Shown here: one piece after another, positions 11,677 to 24,460 of the stretch
Numbering within the stretch: the first letter of the stretch is position 1
Layout of the letters: every line of letters begins with the position of its first letter
NCBI GenBank assembly: GCA_051362555.1
Contig: CM120640.1
Coordinates: forward strand, 50,570,788-50,634,787
Direction of reading: 5' to 3'
Origin: Lingula anatina
Lineage: Eukaryota; Animalia; Brachiopoda
Length of the DNA: 64,000 bases
Made by a program: the position numbers and the translations under genes
Notes under the pieces: generated by a model
The model's database searches: none
Seen by the model: only the letters and a program-made list of their open reading frames with translations
Told to the model about the DNA's origin: nothing

Positions 11677-14600
11677 ATGACATCAACTGAAATAACAGTG
11701 GGGATGGCAGACACTTTTAAGGACTGTGATACTAAAAGCATGGAGGACATTGATGAGGAAATGGAGTCCCTAAGCATTAAACCTAGTGAGGATGAATCAG
11801 AACTTATAGTGGATGGCTTCATGGTCAGTGGCACTTTCACAGATGTAGCAAGTAACCAGTGTAGGACGCCAGTTATTCCTAGTTTTGAAGAGAGTAGTGA
11901 CACTCTGGTAGAGGGCCCTGACAGTAGGGCTATCAGCCCTGTTGGACATAGCCTCACTGCAACAAAGCTCAAAGTGAGCTCTTCCAATCTGATCCAAGCA
12001 GTGGTTTTATCACTATGGGACAACATTGTAGGACCAAGGATACTTCATGTGTGGAAAGGGGAAGCGTGCAATGAAACTGTAGAAACTTTTAAATATCTTT
12101 CCATCTACACACTGAATGGGGAAATATGCCGTGATTTAACCAGTGGAGGTATAGACACAAAATTTTATGTGATGTCTCGCAGAAAACTGTGCGTTTTAGC
12201 ACTGATTTTTGGGGCAAAGGGCAAATGTGGACCAAGTGTGCACTGTCTCTCTGTTGTCATGTCTAGTAATGATTTACAGAAATATGTCACTTGGCAGCGT
12301 ACTCTTCATGCTTGGCTCAAGAGGAGAATAGCAGTCCTCCGGGTGTTAATGGAAAAGGTACTTATGAACAAAATAGAATTTATAGAGGTCAAAAGAAACA
12401 AAAAGCATAAGAAGTGGTGAAATAACATGAAACGTTATATAAGTAGCTCAGAATAAGTTATAATTAAGGTCCCATTAACTTATACATTACACACGATCCT
12501 TAAATGTTTTTTTACTGTTACTATCTTTTAAGGTTAAAATTAAAATTTTGTAATTTACCAAAAATGTGGCATATTGCTGTGGCATATTGCTATGCATATT
12601 ATAGATTGGGATTTCAGTAAACATGAATGTGAAAGGTAAAGAGGCTTGCAGCATGCAAGATTTTCAAGTATTCCTATTTTATATATAGATAGCTGCCTTA
12701 ATCTCCAAAGGCACATAACATCCTGCCTTAGTATAAAAATTCATATCTGCTGCTCAAAATTTGCAGTTACATAATGTGAAGATCATGCCTCTGAAACAGC
12801 TATGAGGCATAACAAGGGAACATTAACAACAACCAATGTTGATGTTTTGGTTTCAATATTCAGTTTCACTACTTTTTTATATAATCTAAACAGAAAAGCG
12901 TAGTTTTTAAGTTAGATAAATTGTGCCTTGCAGGATATTTCATCCTGGTTCATATTGTAAAACTATCAATTCCAGCATGTTAAGTGCTAATTTTTAAAGC
13001 ATTCATTAGAAGGGGAATGTTAAGAAAAAAATTGTTGCAGAGAAGCTATGCATGGTGCCTATAGTCAGATACCTTGAGATTGGGTATTATGTTCTGTTTT
13101 CTGGGTATATAATGTTTTTTGGTAGTTGTCTATGTTTCCTGGTTATGTGTCGTGACTGTTTGATGAAGCAGGGATGCATGTAATCATTCACTATATTAAC
13201 TAGGTGAACAAATAAGTGATTTTTTAAAGAGTACAGTTAATTTTTAACTCCAGAGAACAAGGGGCAAAGGTTGAGAACCCAGGATATATGCTATTTTTTT
13301 TTTCAAACAAAATCCTCAGTATAGTTCTCTATATATCCTAAATAATACACTTTTATTATTATTTTCAGGATGAGTATGACAAAGGCATACATTTTCTGAA
13401 TGCCTCCATTAATAAAACCATGAGGATGCTTCAGTCTTTGCAGTTGGATGGCTTGCCTTCTTGCATCAAGGTAGGTAAAACCTTACAGGTATGTATTGAT
13501 TCTCTATTTAAGTCTGCCTTCCCTTGAAATATCGATAAAATCCAACCTATGCATACCTTTTGGCATTTCTTGAACTGTTCAATTTATCTAAGGGCGCATT
13601 CCCATAGATTTTAGATCGGTCTATCCCCGTGGGGAGTCTCACTAGATTACTGTCAGATAATCCGGCTTACATGTCTGTCCCGCCTGCTACAAGCTATATG
13701 GGGATAATTAACTTCCGTGCGCGGTCGGCTGACTGCAATTTAGCGTGAACCCCAGGGAGTTAGGTTGATCTAGTAAGATCGATCTAAATCTCTGGGAATG
13801 CCCTTTAAGAGAAAATACCACTGTTTACAGTGTTTTTTAAAGGGATAACAACTATTAGCAAGATATCCATATTTCACTAAAAATACATTGCAAACAACTC
13901 ACAGAAATAAAATATAATCTATTTTACCACCAAAATGGCAGTAAACACATTTATTCTGGAGTTTGTACTTGCCATCACATCACATGGCCTCCATAGATGG
14001 CTACACTTTGTAATAATGTCGTAAGAGAATATTACAAAATAAGACCAAACTTTTTAGAAAAAAAAACGGGGACTAACTTTGAATGTGGGAATGGATTCAT
14101 TAACCATTGGGACGTATGGGAAAATTGTCCTTTATCCCAGGAAAATTCATTTTTGGCAAAAATGAACAGTTGTTATCCCTTAAATCTATCAGAACTAAAA
14201 TTCACAAAGTAAGCTTAAAAATTTATAGCATGTAGCTGATGGAGATATATGCGTCTGATGATGAATAGTAAAGTGGTTTGAAACAAGAAATTATCAAGAG
14301 AAGGAGCGGAAAAGATCTCACAAATCTAATAGGCTGTTATTGGAGATTTGCACATTCAAATGAGCACTCTAAAGCAATGGGTGTTATGAAAGCAAAACTA
14401 GCAGCACTATGGGGTGGATCAATGGTTTTTTGGGGATTTTGCCATTATTTAAGTTTCAACAATATATGGTTCAACTAAAACATTTTTTAAGTGGAAGGAA
14501 ATATTTAGTTTCGTGGTTATAAAAATATATTATAATAACTTGCTATTTTACAGCTGGAAGATACTTATTTTTACAACGAAGATTCTTCAAAGGATTTTTT

Positions 14601-17600
14601 GCTTAGAAAATCTATCACTTCTCATCTCATGACTTGTGGACGAAGTGTTGTCACTGGCACAGTTGACAGTGAAATTAATAAAGTAAGTTATCCTCCAATT
14701 GAAATGAACCAGTCATTTTGACCACAGTATAGTTGAATACTATTCATTTTGGCTGAATGATATTTTGCACTATGTGTATGTATCGGAAATGAATCACTGT
14801 AGATACAGATAAGATGATATTGTGGTTAAGAAAATGGATTCTTATTTTGTGTTTAAAAGCATGCAACACACTTTCCTTTTTTTTTCACTTAAAATTTTAC
14901 AAAGTAACTAGGACTACCAAAAATAAAAACAAGTTATATCTTTTCAGATGGTTTCCACTTTGGCTTTGTTCAATACTTCATCTGAGAGACAGTGCAGTAG
15001 ATTTTGTAGCCATGAGAGAAATTGGCCATACCACCATGATCTATGTGTGCAAGGATGGCTTCCTCCTTCATACAATCTGAGGGTAGATAATATAAACATC
15101 TCATTCTCTGTTCCAATTGAGTGATTTTCCTGCATAAATAATCAAAGAATCAGAAATAACCATAAAATCAAGTCTGTTAAAACATTTCTTTTTTTTCTTT
15201 TCGGAATGTGATTATTTTGTACCCTTATGTATGAAGACTCCTAAGCAATTAATTGTCATTTTGTATAAGCTGCAGTACTTTTTTACAGCAGTCAGTATTG
15301 GATAAGATTCCATTGGGAGAGATGCAATGTGCTGAATATCCTACGTCCATAATTGATGTAAAGACACACGAGGTCAGACAGACACTACCTGTAAATGAAC
15401 ACCACACAAGACGGCATGATTTCTTATCACAAGAGGTCACTCATCCTTACTCAAAACATGATGTCAAATATCCAGAGAAGTGAGTGTACTTTTCCTTATG
15501 TTATGGAATATTTTGCTGTTTGCTTTTACACAGGTCAGTTCCCATAGCAAACAAAGCTAAGATAAGAAGCTGAAGAAAGCTGACCAGACAGTGGACTTCA
15601 ACTTTGCACGGTTGACAGAATATATCTCAACATTACAGAAAAATATTTGTTTTAAGCTGTTTGACACTATCAGTTCATTTCACTAAATGCCTATTATGCA
15701 AATTAAACTACACTACATGGAAGAAAAGATACTAAAATTGTAATTACAGGCCTCATAAATGATAATTGCTGTTTACTAACACGAGCCTTATATTTGGGAG
15801 CACAAATGCACAAATTACCGACTCCAGCCACAAATTAGGTACCCCAATATAAAGTAGAAGGACTGACATAAAGGTCTGATGTATAGATCAAGTTTCAAAA
15901 TTAGCCTGAATAGTTCATTTTTGTTAAAGTTATGCTGTTTTTTGTATATGGGTGAGTTTTCCTCGGATTCATTTCTCAGGGATGTTAATAGTATTAAACT
16001 TATTATATTTGTAAAAGTATTCTTTGACATTTTTCTTCATCTTAAAAATTTTGTGAGTTGATTATATAAAAATGATGGCAAGTCTATCATTGTGTAATAA
16101 AGTGTCAAAAATGGAAATAAACCTAGATCAGTTCAGTTTGTCAGATTCAATCCCTCACTTTGTTCTTAATCTCAGAATGGAGCAAATTGGACATTTAAAA
16201 TTGTTATATTGATATTTTCCCCATTTAACATTTTTTATGTACAGACACAGATGTGTCTGTACATATAGCCATCATCTGCGTCTGTCGTCACCGTCGGCGC
16301 CGTCGTCGCCGTCGTGCACTTTTACCGATAACACGATAAGTGGAATGGCGTTTTTGCTTTTGGCTTGAAATTTACAGAACTGGTGAATATACCTAATACG
16401 CAGGTCAAGTTCGAAAATCAGCATGATCAGGCCATTTTTAGGGAAGTTATGCTGTTTTTTCACTTTTTTCAGCATATATGCAGCACCGATAACACGATAA
16501 GTGGAAAACCATTTTACTTTTTGGCTTGAAACTTACAAAACTGATGAATATTCATAATCCGCAGGTCAAGTTCGAAAATCAGCATGATCGGGTTATTTTT
16601 AGGGAAGTTACGCTGTTTTTTCACTTTTCTCAGCATGTATGCAGCACCGATAACACGATTAGTGAAATAACATTTTACCTTTTGGCTTAAAACTAACAGA
16701 ACTGATGGATATTCATAATACGCAGGTCAAGTTCGAAAATCGGCATGATCGGGCCTTTATTTTAGAAGTTATGCTGTTTTTTCACATTTCCTCAGATTCA
16801 ATTATTAGGCATGTGAACAGTCTCATTATTTAACTAATAAAATACGTAAAAGTGTTTGATATTTCCTGCATCTTTACAACATTGTTAATTGATTGTGTAA
16901 AAATGATGGTAAACTTGTTATCGTGTATTGTGTAATAAAGTGTCAAAAATGGTAATAAACTCATCATTGCAGTTTGTCAGATTCAATCATCCACTATGTT
17001 CAGAATCTCAGAATGGAGGAAATTGGACATTAAACACTGTTCTATTAATATTTTTCCCATCTCATCAATTTTCTTAGTTGGTCATATAAAAATGGCAACA
17101 AACTGTTTATTTTGTTTTATGTTAAAAAAATGTTAAAAATGGAAATAAACCCATTTCAGAACAGTGCTGTCTTGTTTACATTTTGGCATTTTTAAGATGT
17201 GACTTTGAAGTTTCATGAGCCTGCAGACCTTTGCTAATCACATTTTCTGAATATCCATGATACTAATATTTTATGATTAAAAATTGATGGTCATTATGCT
17301 GTTAAACATTATGTAATATTGCATCAAAATTTGAAGAAACCCCTATTTTGGGCACTGCTCCCATGATGACCATTTAAGAAAAACCATGTCACTTACTGTT
17401 TTCAAACTTACAGGAAAGAAACATAGGGCTAAAATACAGCTTCAGTAGGCAATGCAGTCTGTTTGGTAATTTTTTCTGGCAATTTTTTCTGGCAGTTAAA
17501 CAGTTTTTTGTGAAAATTTAATTTTTCACATATTGGCATTTTCAAGGTGTAACTTTGAAGTTCCATGAGCCTGCAGACCTTTGCTAGTCACGTTTTCTGA

Positions 17601-20600
17601 ATGTTCATGTTACTAATATTCTATTATTAAAAATTGATGGTCATTATGCTGTTAAACAGTATGTAATATTGCATCAAAATTTGAAGAAACCCCTATTTTG
17701 GGCACTGCTCCCATGATGACCATTTAAGAAAAACCATGTCACTTACTGTTTTCAAACTTACAGGAAAGAAACATGGGGCTAAAATACAGCTTCAGTAGGC
17801 AATGCAGTCTGTTTGGTAATTTTTTCTGGCAGTTAAACAGTTTTTTGTGAAAATTTAATTTTCCACTTATTGGCATTTTCAAGGTGTGACTTTGAAGTTC
17901 CATGATCCTGAAGACCTTTGCTTGTCACGTTTTCTGAATGTCCATGTTACTAATATTCTATTATTAAAAATTGATGGTCATTATGCTGTTAAGCATTATG
18001 TAATATTGCATCAAAATAGAAGAAAACACAATTTTTGGTGCTGCTGCTATGATGAGCATTATGGGAAAACCGTGTTATGACTGTCAAACCTTTAAAAAAG
18101 AAACACAGGACTAAAATGCAGAATGAGTTGGAAAAGCAGTCTAATTGGCTTCTTTTTCTGGAAGTTATACATTTGAGTGAAATATTCATTATCTTTTTTG
18201 CATATTCATTGTGGGACTCGGAGCTCCCATGGACATGAAGCCGAATGGTAATCAAATTTTCTACATGTCCATGCTATTTATTGTCAATAAACAAAGATTG
18301 GTGATAATTATTCTATAATTTATTATGTAATGTTACATCAAAATTGACAACAATATTTTTGAATTGCTACTGCAAACATTATGAAAAGAAAACTGTGTTA
18401 CTTATTATTATTTTTAACTTACAAGTATGATTTTTAGGATTGGCATGCAGTTCAAATTAGAAGGCCAGGTCAATTGGGTTCTCATTTATTATTGAATTTA
18501 TGCAATTTTGTGTGAAATTTTCATTTTTCTCATTCTGGCACTTTCTAAGTATAAACTTGAACTCTGATGGGCCTGAAGCCTTATGCTTTTACTTTCGTCG
18601 TTGTTACCTGTTGTGCATAATTAAAATTTGATGTTGACTGTGCAGTAAAACATAATGTATTCTTGCATCAGAATTGGTAGTCTCCTATTTTGTGCATTAT
18701 TGTTTTGTGCTTTTCTTAAGATGTGACTTATGGGCCTGAAAGACCTTTGAGAGGGTCAGTCTGTTAATATTCCTTGGGTATCACTTAGCTAATTTCTGAG
18801 TTATAAAGTCATTTGCCTAATTGATAGGCCATTAAAGGAGATTACATAAAGCACACTTGTTGATGTAAACTCCCAAAAGTTAAGCTCTCTGCTAGATTAA
18901 TAATAAGGAAGCAGTGATAATTATGCAGGTTATTATATATATATATATATATAATTTATAATCAAAGATTAAAAGTTTGAATAGCAGCTTCATTGAAATT
19001 ATATTTACCTCAGGCTCTGCCTAGGAGGTTATATTTTCACCCCTGTTTGTCTGTCATCAACATAACTCAAAAAGTTATGGACCGATTTTGCTGAAATTTT
19101 CAGGAACTGTCAAAATTGGGCCAAAGAGGACAATGATTAGTTTTTAGTGGTGGTCTGGCTCAATAATCAATCAATAATCAACAATAATCAACAATTGCTG
19201 CCTTGGCAGAGGTCTGCACTCTCAGTGGTTTTCTAGTTTTGTTATGTTTTCCTTTACAATTTTTTCTCAAACACTTGCATTTGTGACTTTTAACTCTCAT
19301 CCGCTCGAGGCTCTGCACATTTTCTGTATTTCCACATAAGCAATTGTATTGTTTTATATGTCTTTAAACATTATATAAAATTATTTTATGCACTGTCATC
19401 ATTTTTCAAATATTGAGACTTTCATCATGTGACTATAGTCTCTCATGGTCCTGAAACTGTATTCTTATTGAAGGGGTGGATTGAGACCATCTTCTGGGTC
19501 TTCTTGAAGACAGGTTATTAAAGGACAATGTTCATGTAAAAATCCATTTCTCGAATTTTGAAGATACAGCACTCAATCTATACACTAGAGGTATGTTTTA
19601 ATCGATCCCCGCCATTTAAAAATTATAAAAACAATCTATTAGTAGGAAAAAAAGCGTTTTAGTAAACCTCACCTCAATATGCAAAAATGAAGCAACAGAT
19701 CTGGGTCACGTGGTACTGTGACGACAATCACGATAAAGGTCTATGAGACTCAACTGAGCTGCATGGTGCATACAGACGGAGAAGTTAAGGAAAGTTGTGT
19801 TGAACGGAGTTGAGGAATTTTCGTTATGCCGTGGGATTCACCGTGGGATTCACCAAAATTGCAGCTCTCGTTGACAATCTTTCTTTGTCTGTGACGGTCT
19901 TCCGTGACTTACTTACTAACTTCGGTGACAATAGTTGCGATGCTCTAGATCATGGTCACCTCAGGTGGTTTAGATCATATCAACAGCTGGTAGTCTTTCA
20001 GATTAACTGTCATCAGTTGGCAAACTTACTGATTGCTGATGCATTTTAAATGCATTGTAGTTGACCAAAAGCTCGTTTACAACAAACCTGTTAATTATGC
20101 ACCGCTGCAATTCCCAAGCCAGGTAATAACAGGTATGAAACTCGTCATGGTGGGCTTTCATATTTTTCAATATATCTCATTTATTTCATGGGGTTATTTT
20201 ATTGGTATTTGTAAATGATGTTAAATATCAATACTTAAACAATTAAGTTCAAACACGGTCGCGAACATTAATAAAAGAAATTGCTCTCAGGGTATCTTGA
20301 AGCTTCCGTGGAAGAAAACGTGTTGAGGAAAAACAGGAAAAAGAGCGTTATATTAAAGAAAAAATGGGAACTGCTATAATAAAATAGTTCGTTATCCTAA
20401 TTCGTTTATGCTTTGAGGATTTGTTTCTGAAGATTATTTCATCTGAAATGTTAAATAATTTAAAAGATTGATTATTTTATAACTTGAAACGCAAATTCTG
20501 CGTCAGTATGCAATTTTTTTTTTTTTTTTTTTTGCAAATTTGTAAGCTTATAACACCGTGCTATAAAGATCTACTCAAGAAAAAAATTTGCTTGGGTAAA

Positions 20601-23600
20601 GTACGGAATGAACTGGAGACACTTGGCTTGTCATTAAGTTTACACGAAAATATGTCAGGTAACTTTATACTGTCTTTGAAAGAGTAAAGATTGAAAGATA
20701 ATTTTAGACAAACTTTGACGGGGGAAATACCTACAAAGAGTAATGGGCTATTTCGCCAACATCTTGTTGAAAATTTTACACTGCAATTCTATTCAAATAA
20801 GCTAAGGAACTAATTGCCAAATTAATACTCTCATCACATAACAGGGGGGTAACCAGACCTGCAAAAATTGTACGCACATATTTAAAAAGATAACAAGCAC
20901 ATACAGCAAAATGTAGACTTACGCAAAACATGAAGGACAGCGTAATCACAGCAAATGTACCTCATATAGTAGCTTAATTTCCATTAATAATAAAATCATC
21001 ATTTAAGTCAAAAATATTCTTGCGATTTAATAACTATTTTAATTTACCCAGAACGGTATATCTATTTTAAAGGCGGTTAACTGAAATATAGTTTTATGAT
21101 TTGTTTGTGAAAATTGCCCATGTCACCCTGTTAGTTTGGAGGTCTAAGCTGGATCAAGTCCGTGTTAAAATTCCTATGAAGTTGTGCAGGAAAAATTCTT
21201 CCTTTCTTTCTCTAGCTCCTCGATAAACCTGGTGTTCAGATTTTATCTAGTACCCCAGGTCTACGGGAGCTGCGCTTTGTAACTAACGCACAGGTAGATT
21301 TTTACCTGAGATAACTGGAGTAAAGCTTAGATAGAGAGTGCGTTCGATACAAGCAAGACAAATTGAATGCCATTTAACCCTCTAATTAAGAGGTAAAGGA
21401 AGTTCCAGGTAGATGGATGATTAAGATAGGACTTGTAAAGGTAACGGGCATTGTTTACCTCAGTTTAATAAAAGTATGCAAGACGGAGTGTCAGTGGTTT
21501 AATAAAATAAATTGAATTTCACAAATAACATGGACCTCATATGCAATAATCAACATTTCCCTTAACTCTTTCAAATGCAGTGTTTTATACAACTTGGGAT
21601 AACCATAATGAAATGCTTGTTAAAGAAATGACTAGACGGGAAATGGTTTTACACAGCTTCACGAGGATTTAGACCCCTCGGGTAAGAGATTTGAATGAGT
21701 ATAAACTTTTATCAGAAGCCAGAGAAGTCATCTTACAGGTAGACAATGCAGCTCAGTTTGACAGCTAAGCACGCTCTGTTCTCCAGTGGCTCGATTGTCG
21801 TCATTGGACCACGTGACCACGTAGCTCATTAACTCCCAGGCCGAGCAAATAGGACGTTTTTTTAAAGCCAAAAATTTACAAAATGATCTTTTAATTTGTG
21901 TATTTGGATAAAGATATCGTTAGTTGGGCATGTTTTCTGAAGAATATGTTCCGTTCAGGCCATTTTGACGGCATGAAGCAAACCCTTTAAGTTTATATTG
22001 ACTGGTATCTATTTTTTTCTGTTGGAAGACCATCAAAATGGAGGATGGATCAACATAGATACTTTGGAAAACTGTCAGAAAATATCTCAGGGTCCACTCC
22101 TGTTATTGACCATGTTACCTGTTGTGCATGATTAAAATTCAGTGTTGACTGACAGTGCTATTATAAGCATTATTTATTATTGCATCAAAATTGACAAAAT
22201 GACCTTTTTTGCATCTTTATTTTCTGTTTTTTTGTCTGTACATTTGACAGCTTTGCTGCCTTGTTTTGGTTGATCATTTAAAAATGAAAGTAAATTGATG
22301 TTTATGTATTTTGTAATAAGTGTTGAAAATGAAAATAAAACATTTCAGTACTTGTGTACAGATTGTAATTTTTAAAGTGTGACTTTCAATTTCCATGGGC
22401 CTAAAGACCTTTGGTAGTTGCATTTTCTAAATATATATATGTTACCTGCAGTTCACAACTTAAAATTGATGGTGATTATAAGCTGTTAAGCATTATGTAA
22501 CATTGCACCAAAATTGAGAAAAATATTTTGTGTACTGCCACTACAAATACTCTCAAAGGAAAACTGTTACGTAGTCATTATTTTGTGACTTACAAAAACG
22601 AATGACATACGGCTCAAATTGGCAAACCAGGTCGATTCGATTATATTTCTCTTGTTGTCTGTACATTTGACAGCTTTGCTGCCTTGTTTAAATGTATTTT
22701 TAAAAAACGTTTTGACATAAAATAACTTCTCCTTTCAGAAATATTCTTGACAACCTCCAGTACCCAGAAAACTTGGTGCACAGATTTATGAAAGAAGTGA
22801 GTTGAAAAAAATGACACAGATACACCTGAGCTTATTTTTGTTTTTACTTAACTCTTTTGGTTTTGTTTTTTATTTATCAGAATCACAATATTTAATATGC
22901 ATATAAATATATAATTATTATAATTTGTTTATTTTTGTAAGAAAAAACTAAATTATGTACTGCATGCTGAAAAAGAGGTATTATTTCATAGATGACAATT
23001 TTAATTGTGAATTTCACAGTTATTTGCAATTCCTGTTGGACTGAGGCTTTCATTCATACAGCTTTTCATCAGGACCATAGAAAGAAAAGCTTTGGTCCTT
23101 ATTAAGAGTGCAGAGGTAGACAGGTGAGTGTAGCAAGGTAGAGTTTCCAGTATTATTGAACTGTGCTAAAATTTCCTGTTGAAAACATACCATATAAACG
23201 AAAACTAAGGTTATTTTAAACTCTTTTGCTAGCATGAGGTTCATATTTTGTTCTGTATTTGGTTACACGAAGAGCGAATGACCAATGAGAAATTGTAAAG
23301 TAGTTTATATATTTTGCAATTGGTAGCTGTTGATATAATGAAGACAGACTTTCTGTTAATTTGTATGAACATGGTGGGTGATTTAGATGTGTTGCCTTTT
23401 TTGTTTTTAGTGACCAAGGAAGGTCAGCACCAAAGACAAATCCCAGGAAGTTGCGTCAAGATTTAGGACTTCAGTTAGAGGGAGACTTCAGAATAGTTTT
23501 AGCAATGGCAGAAAAATTAAAACCAGGCATATATACCTATCTGCTAGGTGACTCACTCAATCATGAGCTAGCAAGAAATATTTCTTTGTATTCAGTTTGA
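11677..23600 (+). CDS. C9orf72: C9orf72 homologue (DENN-like subunit of the C9orf72-SMCR8 complex), ~529 aa, 8 coding exons
   Basis: Exons 11677-12357, 13369-13470, 14554-14682, 14948-15082, 15289-15479, 22739-22796, 23020-23123 and 23411-23600 total 1590 nt in frame. Diagnostic motifs are WDNIVGPRILHVW, TLNGEI, IDTKFYV, SHLMTCG, YPTSIIDV, RKALVLIK and EGDFRIVLAMAEKLKPG. Confidence 0.93.
13592..13805. mobile_element. MITE with terminal inverted repeats and TAA target duplication (PIF/Harbinger-like), C9orf72 intron 2
   Basis: TAA|GGGCGCATTCCCATAGATTTTAGATCG...CGATCTAAATCTCTGGGAATGCCCTT|TAA. It is GC/CpG-rich against the AT-rich intron. Confidence 0.65.
19004..19237 (+). mobile_element. Short HINE/Helentron-type element (family A)
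   Basis: TTACCT..CTGCCTAGGAGGTT start, (TGTT/TGTC) microsatellite, one core unit, then CCTTGGCAGAGGT subterminal repeat and a CTAGT end. Same family as 44121-44482. Confidence 0.7.
19522..21986 (+). mobile_element. Non-autonomous Kolobok DNA transposon, copy 2 (C9orf72 intron 5)
   Basis: TTAA|AGGACAATG...GCAAACCCT|TTAA. Colinear with and almost identical to 7036-9500, with different flanks. Confidence 0.8.
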
Positions 23601-24389
23601 CAGCTGAAAATGTCATTGAAGAGATATGATCAAAATTAATATGAAGGAAAAAAATTACATTTCCATTCACATTCCCAGTTTATTTGATTACCTTTGTTTT
23701 TATGGTACTTTTTGCATTTCATGTAGTTTTCAATTTGGTTGCACAAAATTATTTCTTATTTTTTCATAGTGCCTCTGGTCAAGGCTAAGGCACAAAATGA
23801 TTATGTATTCTACTTAAGATTGAGTGTTTTGATATTGATGTTGTAGTTTGATGTTAAACATACTAGTTCAAGGCAAGAAGCATGTTTCAAATCTAAGATA
23901 TTAATAGAAAATAATTTATATTGTTTAATATTTTTCTTTTCTCTCTTTTTCTTTTTTCTTTTTCTTTATTATTATTTTTTGATTACATGTTTTTTATGTC
24001 ACTAAGTCATGCCACGTCTTGTCTAAAATGTACTTTTTTGTGCAAAGTGAAGATGCAAGCAAAGCAAATAAACGTTTGACCACGTGATGCCAATTCTTTA
24101 TTTTTGGTATTTTGCTTGAAATTTGCTACGTTTTCCAAGCCATTTATCATTTATTATGTTTGTGAGTGTAGCCTCTATCTTTGCAAATGCCAGATGTCAC
24201 TGACCATTACTTATGATATCATGCAGACAGTTTATGTATGTAGGCACTGCCCGTGTCTTTATGTATATCTGATGAACCTCTACCTGTGCTGTTGCCTTCC
24301 AGTACATTTGTTCATCCCGTAAGTGACAAACCTTTTTCATTTTTTCTCATTTGATTTCCCCAGAAGTGTCAATAAACCGTTTTTTTGTT

Positions 24390-24406
24390 TATTTTATTTA
24401 TTTATT

Positions 24407-24438
<32 letters not shown>

Positions 24439-24460
24439 GATTATTTTATTTATTTATTTT
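24390..24460. repeat. (TTTA)n/(TTA)n microsatellite
   Basis: Directly visible simple repeat. Confidence 0.8.

Larger units (their letters stand above)
15860..22688 (+). mobile_element. Nested HINE family B copies in C9orf72 intron 5: an older copy from ~15860 and a younger copy from 16231, with 3' ends at ~22265 and ~22688
   Basis: 5' end TTTTTTATGTACAGACACAGATGTGTCTGTACAT at 16231, then (CGT)n, ~160-bp units (16406, 16566, 16727) and ~345-bp units (17200, 17550, 17888). Two TGTCTGT(T)ACATTTGACAGCTTTGCTGCCTTGTT 3' ends. Reverse-complement homologue of 1207-3172. Confidence 0.65.

Noticed and set aside
15286-15291. CAGCAG tandem acceptor in C9orf72
   Set aside because: It would change only one Gln. 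Such sites are common and cannot be resolved from sequence alone.
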